From: Podarcis cretensis
Lineage: Eukaryota
Length of the DNA: 64,000 nucleotides
Reading direction: 5' to 3'
Assembly (NCBI GenBank): GCA_951804945.1
Contig: OX638160.1
Coordinates: forward strand, 10,044,001-10,108,000
This document shows positions 39,501 to 49,500 of this stretch, piece after piece. The notes beneath the pieces are model-generated. The model worked only from the letters and a program-made list of their open reading frames with translations. It searched no databases and had not been told where the DNA came from. Position numbers and translations under genes: made by a program. Positions within the stretch are counted from its first letter, which is position 1; every line of letters begins with the position of its first letter.

Positions 39501-42500
39501 CAGTATTTTGGTTATGCAGCAGGACTGGAAAATTGCAGTACATTCATACAATTAAGGAAAGATTGTAAAGAAGTCTGCAAATTAAAAATTCTGCTTGATC
39601 AGTAGCAAGATACATCTTAACTTTCTTATTCCAGGCATTTGAAGATATACACTTGAGTGAGAGACCAAATGTTAAAATCATGCTGGATTATGCCGACAAA
39701 TTGTTCACTTACATCTTTATCCTGGAGATGCTGTTGAAGTGGGTGGCTTACGGATTCTACAAATATTTCACAAATGTTTGGTGCTGGCTTGATTTCATAA
39801 TTGTAGATGTAAGTGTTGCCTTTGAACCATTCTGTGGAGTGGGTGCTGTTAGCTTCCAAGGTATAGCGACTGGGCTTTCTTGCACTCTCCTTGCTTAAGG
39901 GGAAGCCCTGCAATTTGTGCAAAATGGTTTTATGCTTTCGTTTTGAAGTGGTGCTTTAGCATGTATGAAAAACGTTTGTGCATGGCAAGGAGGCAGATTA
40001 AGGTTCATAGTGAAATTGTTCCTTTGTGTTTTTTGCTACTATAATCTCCCCTCGCTACTTTTTTCTGCAGGTCTCCTTAGTAACCCTCGTAGCAACTTTG
40101 GCTAAACAATCTGACATGGGTCCCATAAAGTCTCTCAGAACCCTAAGAGCTTTGAGGCCATTAAGAGCCCTGTCACGATTTGAAGGGATGAGGGTAAGTT
40201 GAATGAACGCCATCACTGAACATTATCCCTATGAAAATGCCTTTGGTTTGTAAATAGTTTCTTTTGAAGTCTACTGTGATGAGGGGGTGGTAGAGGGGAT
40301 TGGAACAGGGATTCCCATTTGGCACATCAAAGATTTCTGCGGGTCTTGAGAGGTTTATGAACATGTTCTATATTGTTGGCAACAGACAGGCCTTTTTTCA
40401 GCCAGAACTCACCAAAACTCAGTTCCAGCTCCTCTCAGGTGGGTGCCATTGCCATTCTTAGAGAACAAGGGAAGCACTTGTGGTGAGTTCCAGCACCTCT
40501 TTTTCTAGAAAAATAGCAGTGGCAATAGATGTCCAGGAGACATCTTTGTTACCCACAACACAGTAGTTAACTTTGACGGTAAATAGTATGGAAACATTAG
40601 AGTATGAGGACCATGGGAGTGGATTTAAGGCTGCAGAGATCAAACCATGTTCTTCAAATTACTTTGAAAATCAGATTTACTTCAAGGGCAAGAGCAGCCT
40701 GTTGCTGTGATACAGAAGACATTCATGCTAGCACATGTTTCAAAATGGCACCAGGTTATCTCCATGGAACATAGCACCATCACATTCTTGAAATAAGTCA
40801 CCTCTTTACTGAGGTGTCCCATCACCTGCAACAGCTCCCTGCTGTGTTCTGTGTGCAACACAGGGTGCTATTTCTCATCTCTAAAGCATTTTACCGCTTG
40901 GTTGAAATATACCTAAGAGACCACCCCTTCTCTATGCCCCATCATGATCTCTAACACTGCATGAGAACACCGACTTGAATCTATCATGCTTGGACTGAGT
41001 CTAGACGGCAGTGGCAAGGACTAGTAAACTTATTAAGGTGCCTTTTCAACATGAACATGCTTTGTTGAGATTAACTATACTTCTGCTGATCCGATCTGAC
41101 ATAGCTTTCCTATGAATGGGTTTGAGGGGCATTCAGTATGCAGTCTGAACCCATGATTTATATTTGGAGGTGCGTGTGGGAGGAGAGAGGTTGAAAGGCA
41201 CAGTTTATTGCCTTGGAATCTTTTTTCCTTCTTGTTATTTAGATATATTATGGTGAAGTTCATGGATTTATTTTTTTACAAAAATAATTTTATAAGTGGT
41301 GTGTCTTTGTTTAGTATGTATTGTGGTATTTTATGCATTGTGACTTGCTGATATTTTTATGGATTATAATTTGGTAGTTATTTATTATAATTGTTAAAAG
41401 TAAATCTCTGTTTAAATATTGTTTGCTGATATTTAATTTCATTGTGTACTATTATATTCTGGTGGGTTATTGAATATTAATTTATTTGAGTTAAGATGTT
41501 TTTATTATGACTTTTAAAAAATCCTTTCATTCCCTTTCTTTCCCCCCTCTTCCCCACCTTTCAAAGGTGGTGGTCAATGCCTTGGTGGGCGCCATCCCAT
41601 CTATTATGAACGTTCTTCTAGTCTGCCTCATTTTCTGGCTCATCTTCAGCATTGTGGGAGTCAACTTGTTTGCAGGAAAGTTTGGAAAATGCGTTAACAT
41701 GACTGAAGCAAATGCCAGCATAAATGAGACCATAATTACTAACTTCAGTGACTGTAAGGAGCACAACAGGACCGACGGGATGTTATACTGGATTACAGTT
41801 AAAGTGAATTTTGATAATGTTGGCTCTGGCTACCTGGCTCTTCTCCAAGTGGTAGGTCTTATAGCACAATGCACCTGTCTCCGCATTCTCATTCTCTCTT
41901 TCCTGTCTACCTTCACTGTTGCCGCTGTTGCCTTTAGTAAAGGTAAAGGTACCCCTGCCCGTATGGGCCAGTCTTGACAGACTCTGGGGTTGTGTGCCCA
42001 TCTCACTTAAGAGGCCAGGGGCCAGCGCTGTCCGGAGACACTTCCGGGTCACGTGGCCAGCGTGACATCGCTGCTCTGGCGAGCCAGAGCCGCACACGGA
42101 AACGCCGTTTACCTTCCCGCTGGTAAGCGGTCCCTATTTATCTACTTGCACCCGGAGGTGCTTTCGAACTGCTAGGTTGGGAGGTGCTGGGATCGAGCAG
42201 CGGGAGCGCACCCCGCCGCAGGGATTCGAACCGCCGACCTTTCGATCGGCAAGTCCTAGGCGCTGAGGCTTTAACCCACAGCGCCACCTGCGTCCCTTCG
42301 CTGTTGCCTTTAGTGATACCTAAAAGCAAGACTTTTATGATAGTTGCTGTTGCTGCAATAACTCCCTCAGTGCATCCTTGCTTCAAAAGCCATTCTCTTT
42401 CTTTCTCAGTAACACTTGTTCTTCTGAGTCTATAATAACTATAGCCATAAGTTAATTATGTACATTGTATAGAGAATTTTGTCACTGAATGGTCTATAAA

Positions 42501-43509
42501 TCTTTATAGCTACAAACAAACAAACACAGCTACTTTCTAATCCTTTGTTTTGTGGCAAGTTGTTTAAAAATACATGTTAAATATTGAACGTTCTCTGCTC
42601 AAAACATTAGTAATATCCTCTAAGGACTCCAGGATCTGGTGGCTTGTTACTTTGCCTGTTAGCTCTCAAACACCACCTTTTGCCAACTCTGCTTGATTTA
42701 GCCAAACTCATTTGGAGTTTGGCTAAATCAATTTAGTTTACCAACTAAAGATGTCAGGGACTGAATCGAAGAGTCTTGTGTGCAAAGCATGCTTTCTACC
42801 ACTGAGGTTTGGCTAGCTCATCAATGCTGGTGCCTCACAGCCTGAGCTGAGCAGGACTGGTGTCATATCTAAGAAACCAGCATCCTTTGGGTCACTGGCC
42901 TATATTTACTCAAAGACAGGTGTGGATATTTGCACAATATATTCTGAGTGAAGACTGATGCAAAGAAGTCAAAAAGATTCACTAGGTTTTTCCCACCCTC
43001 TTTCAGCACATCTATTGACGTACCTTAATCATATTTATATTAGTCTGTTTTTTCTCTAGGCAACTTTCAAAGGTTGGATGGAGATAATGTATGCAGCAGC
43101 AGATTCAACTGATGTAAGTCACAGAAATGCACGTGCTCATTCTTCTCTTCTTTTCACCTGCTCAGTGGTGTAATAGTAACGTAAGGGAACCCGCTCAAGA
43201 GTCAAACTAAATTAATATCAGTGTGTATGGCATGTTGCTCTGAGAGGCCTTCTGCCATTTCCCTCACAGTGAGAAGTGAAGTTACAGGGAACCAGGCAGA
43301 GGGCCTTCTTGGTAGTGGTGCCCTCCCTGTGGAACGCCCTCCCATCAGATGTCAAGGAGATAAATAACTATACAACTTTTAGAAGACATCTGAAGGCAGC
43401 CTTGTATAGGGAAGCTTTTTAATGTTTCATGCTTTGTTTTTGTATATGCTGGAAGTATATACAACCCAGTGAGACGGGCAACCCTGTCAGAGGAGTGGGG
43501 TACAAACAA

Positions 43510-43545
<36 letters not shown>

Positions 43546-46500
43546 GGCTGCCACTGAAAATGACAGTTGTGTGTCGAACTCAGGCTTATCCAGTCTAATG
43601 TCCTCCATTTCTCTCAGTAACATCTGGTAGAATTCACCCTTGTTTTGCCATCAAAGTGTTCTTTATTTCCCAGAACCACCCACCACGGCAGCCAGTGATT
43701 TGGAGCAAGGCAGGGTAACATTTAGCACAACATGATCTAATGTAGCCCTCAGAGAGCCTAAGTGTGATCATTTTCATAGAACAAAGCTGTAAATAAAGGG
43801 GTTAAATTAGGCAGACAGCCTGGGAGGTCAGCTTTCTACATAGCAGTCTTGCTCCTGTGGTGTCAATTAACTGTAATTATCAAACACTTGCCTTTTCAAG
43901 ACCCAGCAAAAGGTCTCGCTAAGTCACCCTGGGTGATCTAGCCTGCCTTCAGCACAGGCAAAAAACCGAAAACAGTCTTTCAAGTATTGTTAAGGAAATC
44001 CCAAACAGGAGACAAATCAATTTTGCACCACGCAGTACGAGATCCTGAAGGGCCAATTCAAAACAGGCATAATGGAGCTGTAAAGTTCTCAGACAGGGGT
44101 TGTACTTTTATGTGGGGCACCACTGTTTCCTTAAATTCTAGTATAATATGGTTAGGCTTTCCCACAGTGATCGGTTTTATACAGGGGTGGGCTTTCCGAC
44201 AAACGTGTTGTGCGAAGACAGGGAACCAAACTAGGCATAGCACAGGAGCTCTGTGAACAGTCTCTCTTGGAAGTTGTGACTGAGAGTGACAGCAGCTGCT
44301 TAAAGCTCCTTCCCACAGATTTCCCATCTGGAGTGGGGAAACTGGGAAATCTATATAACATTTCCTCCACAGGAAAAAAATAGGTCCGGGAGAGGAATAC
44401 AACACAGATATATATTAGGAGGGTAATGGGTAGCCAGGGCTGAAAATGTAAGTTGCAGTTTCTCTTAGTTTCTCAGTTTTCCAATCTTAAGTTCTGTTCT
44501 TCATATTTCCACATAAGTTTCCGTTTTTTGCAAAAATCCTCCTGAAAATTCATCAGCAAATTTCTCCTAATGTACACACGTTTGTGTGCAAGTTTGCCTA
44601 AGATATACAGTTTTGCAAAGCAATTTCCCCAAATATAATGCATGTTTGTTTGTTATTTTAATGAATATAAGCATTTTTATATTCCCAGTTTAACCTAGCA
44701 TGTGCATATTGTTTTTACACGTGTTGGAGATCTGTATTGCCAAATTTGGAGAAGCGTGAATTTTGAAGGATGGCTGTGTTTCAGTTTGCATATTGTTTTG
44801 GAAACTGCAAATTACAAAGGTTTGCCTTTAAATGCAAACTGAACCAACCTTTCCCCCCATCCGCAGTAACATGTTAAGCTTTCCTTGCCCCATGAAAGGT
44901 ACATGGCACAGTTCTACTGCTGCAGCAAAAGAGGTTTGCTCCTGTAAGCAGTCTGGATGGGACCCTATCTGGGCCTCTCCATATATAAACTGCTCTGACT
45001 GTCTTGGTGAAAGAATGAGCTATAAGCAGATTCATCATAAGTGACTTACTGTGGCAATGGGAAGAGATTTATAAATGAGCCAGAGGGCAACTTCAGTGAT
45101 CCCATGATAAATGTCTACTTCCCTCTTGCAAACCTCTCTGGATAATTGCTCAGAGACAGCGCTGTAGCTGCTTAGCTCCAAAGGCAGCCACCGTCTCTTG
45201 GTACGGCAACCAATGAGAAAAATGTTAACAAGGGGTCGCCACAAACCTACCCACTTTAATTGCCTTTCTCTCCTTTTTCCCTTTTCTTTTCTCAGTCATG
45301 TTTCAATGTGCTTTTCGTATTTGCAGGTGGAATACCAGCCCAAATGGGAAGCTAACAAATATATGTACATCTATTTTGTGGTTTTTATCATCTGTGGCTC
45401 CTTCTTCACTCTGAACCTTTTCGTTGGCGTCATTATTGATAATTTTAATCAACAAAAGAAAAAGGTAAGTATCAAGAAAGTGTTTCTCTTTCCTTACGCC
45501 TGCTGAAAGTGAACCCTTGAAGAATCAGACCAGTTAGATGGGTACCTTCTACTGGACCAGCCTCCATTAGTGAAAGAAAATTCATGCTTTTGATGGGGAA
45601 ACTCTGACCTTTATTAGGCTTAATTAGACTCAGCAGGCCTTTCTGTTGGGCCCACAGGCTGTATCGGGAGAACCACGCCCACCTGCCAGTCACCTGACAT
45701 CATATAACAGCTAAAAAGATCCCTTATCTCTGACTGAAGCACTGAAGCATTAAGTTAAGATATAAACCTCTTTGAGGAAAAAAGGCAGCAGAAAGATTAG
45801 GGATGTAAGAAGGCAGAGATTTCCACTCCAACCTGTATCCTTCACAGTCTGTGCCATTTCTGTTCTACTGCAGTTCAGTTTCTTCAGAATTCTATGTTAT
45901 TCCCCTTGCTGCCCACTCACGTTCATTTCAGTGGAAAGGAAATGAAACAATGTTTGTTGTTGTTTAGTCGTTTAGTTGTGTCCGACTCTCCCGCAGTTTG
46001 GTCAAACTCATGCTGGTAGCTTCGAGAACACTGTCCAACCATCTCGTCCTCTGTCGTCCCCTTCTCCTTGTGCCCTCCATCTTTCCCAACATCAGGGTCT
46101 TTTCCAGGGAGTCTTCTCTTCTCATGAGGTGGCCAAAGTATTGGAGCCTCAGCTTCAGGATCTGTCCTTCCAGTGAGCACTCAGGGCTGATTTCCTTCAG
46201 AATGGATAGGTTTGATCTTCTTGCAGTCCATGGGACTCTCAAGAGTCTCCTCCAGCACCATAATTCAAAAGCATCAATTCTTTGGCGATCAGCCTTCTTT
46301 ATGGTCCAGCTCTCACTTCCATACATCACTACTGGGAAAACCATAGCTTTAACTATACGGACCTTTGTTGGCAAGGTGATGTCTCTGCTTTTTAAGATGC
46401 TGTCTAGGTTTGTCATTGCTTTTCTCCCAATTTGCAGGCATCTTTTAATTTCAGTGTTTAGGGAATGTTTAGGGAAGTTTTTAATGTCTGAGGTTTTTGT

Positions 46501-49500
46501 GTGCTTTTAATTCTGTTAGGAGTTGCCCAGAGTGGCTGAGGTATAAATTTATTATTATTATTATTATTATTAACAAAAATGCAAACAGATACCAACTGAA
46601 TTCATTGACTGATTTCTGTTTCTGATCCCAGGTGAATGCATGAAACTCAGCCCTTTACATTTCTTCGTCCTTTTTTGTTGGAATTCTCCAACATCCCTAA
46701 AGCATCTCTTATCCCAAATGGGAAATCAGCCCTGTGCTTGCTCTTTTGTGGCAAAAGGCAGCATTAGAACAGGAGGTGCAGTTGTGCAGGAAACTGCAGG
46801 AGGGGAGAGTGCTCTGGTGCTCAGGCCCCTCTTGTGGCCAAACAATATATAATCTGAACCCAACAATGTTAGTTTTCTTATCTCTTTGCAGTTTGGTGGA
46901 GAAGACATCTTCATGACGGAGGAACAAAAAAAATATTATAATGCCATGAAAAAACTGGGGTCCAAGAAACCTCAAAAACCCATCCCACGGCCACTGGTGA
47001 GTACATGTCAACTGTTCTAGACAAAAGACTTCCAATAGGTGAACAGAAATGTAAAAAGGAATAAGGCTGCTAATGTATGATTAAGATGCAGAGCAAACTT
47101 AGTTGGCGAATACAAAGTTTAATCTTGGGGCTGAGAATTAAGAGCACTCTGGTATGTTACTGCAATAGGGAATTAAATGGAAATATTAAAGGCAGTGAGT
47201 GAATGCTTCTGTAGGATAAGTTGTAAGTAATCTCACATTTCCTTCAGTATATTGGAAGAAGTGACGGGGCTCAGGGTGCTTCCAGATGTGAGTTTATTGT
47301 GGAAGCAATGCAGCTCAGGCATGCAAGGATTTTCATGGCATCAGCACAGCATCATTCTCATCGAAATGCCAGAATATCCTCTCTCTTTTTTACATTTAAC
47401 TCAAAATTCCACTTGCTGTGGGAAGGCCCCCAATAACAAATGAAAGACACCTCTTTCCACTTGAAAGGGATATTTGATCCTTCCTTCCTTCCTTTCTTTC
47501 TTTCTTTTTTTTTTTTTTGGTTTAAGCAATTTTTGATATGTTGTTGTCTGACTAAATTATTGAAGGATAACAGGTAGCTATGTGTAATGGTTCTAGGGGG
47601 TTGCTCGTGCGTAAGTCGTCGCCACACCTGGCTGAGTCACCTGGGTGAACCCTTTCTGTCCGGACAGCCACCCATCCGTGGCTGTCTCAGTCGCTGGCAG
47701 AATCCGTCAGTGAGCGTTTCTTGAACTTCTTCCAGCAAAGAAGTTCTTTGACGCCCAGTCGCCTCCTACTCTCCCTGCGCTGAAGTCTTCTGCGCAGGGA
47801 GGGTGTGGGCAGCGGAGGACCCGTGCTCTCCCCGCTGGTCTCCGGCGAGGAGTCCAGGAGCCTTCTCTCCGATTCCCCCATCTGCCCCCCTTCTCCACTG
47901 GTGCTACGCTGATTTCCTTCCCCACCAGATGGGCTGCCTCTCTCCCTACTGGGACCCTCTCTGGCATCCCTCTGGAGCCTTCCCTCCACCTCTGGCTCCG
48001 ATGGCAGTTCCCTGACACTATGAATTGATTCTACACAAATCCTGGGAAATCTTTCTCCCCTTGCCTTTAGAACAAATACCAAGGATTCCTCTTCGACATC
48101 GTAACTCGCCAAGCTTTCGATGTTGCCATCATGGCCCTCATCTGCCTTAATATGGTCACGATGATGGTGGAGTCAGATGACCAGTCCGAAGGGAAGACAT
48201 TTGTTCTTAACAAAATAAACATCCTCTTTATCGTCGTCTTCACAATAGAGTGTGTCATGAAGCTGGTGGCTCTGAGATACTATTACTTCACCAATGGATG
48301 GAACATTTTTGACCTGGTGGTCGTGATCATGTCAATTGTTGGTAAGTCGCTACAGAATAATGTGCTCTTGACTAGCTCTTAGCAACCCAACCAGAGTTGA
48401 AGCATTTTAAACCTCATCACATACACCACACATTTGAATTACTGTATTTTTCGCTCTATAACACGCACCTGACCATAACACGCACATAGTTTTTAGAGGA
48501 GGAAAACAAGAAAAAAAAATGCTGAATGAAACAGTGGATGTATCATTTTGGTGCTTCATGCTGTGGCCACAGACATGTGATCTGACGGTGAGTTTGGGGT
48601 AGGCCAATGCAAAAATCCCGAGAATCCATGTGGATCTGTACTTTGTAACCACAGCAACCAAAAACAGCTTTTACAACTTTGTAAACAAAGCAACCGAAAA
48701 CAGAAGAGAGTGGGCAATAAGACCCTGAGGCAGAATGCAGGAAAGCAGCAGCCTCCTCTCTGCAGCGCGCGATCTGATTTTTGCCTGATTTTTGCCCCTG
48801 CACTCAGGCCAGTCGGCTCCAGGGACCACACATTCGCTCAATAACACGCACAGACATTTCCCCTTACTTTTTAGGAGAAAAAAATGTGAGTGTTATAGAG
48901 AGAAAAATACGGTACATGACTTCCTCCAAAGAATCCAATAAATGGTAATTTGTTAAGGGTGCTGGAATTGTAGCTCTACCAGGGGGCAAACAACAGTTCT
49001 GATAATTCTTTAGGTACAGCCACATATGTCAAATATGATGTAAATGTCTGGTGTCCCAGGAACACCTGGGAGCTGTGGCCAAAGATGGATTGTGTCCCCT
49101 GAGGTTGCCATATGGAGTCTGCCAGAGAGGAATCCCTGAGAAATTGGATTTTTAAAGTGCTCAACTCTAGCTGAACTGTGCCCAAAATTAAATACATGGC
49201 ATTTTAGAACTATGACTCCCACTTCCAAAACTATGTTTTAAAAGCCCCCAGGAAGGAATCAGACACCAGCAACAACATTTTATTAGGAATACAATAGAAA
49301 ATGCAGAAGTGACCCCTTGCTGGACTTCTTTTAACTTTAAACAATTAAGGGTTAGCCTGCTGAGCAGCCATTTAGCTTTTCGTTGCTTATTTCTCCCCTT
49401 CAGGCAGCCTGCTTTCCGGCATTGTGGTTTCATTTTCGCCTACACTTTTCCGGGTGATACGTCTGGTGCGAATAGGGCGAATACTCCGCCTGATCCGATC

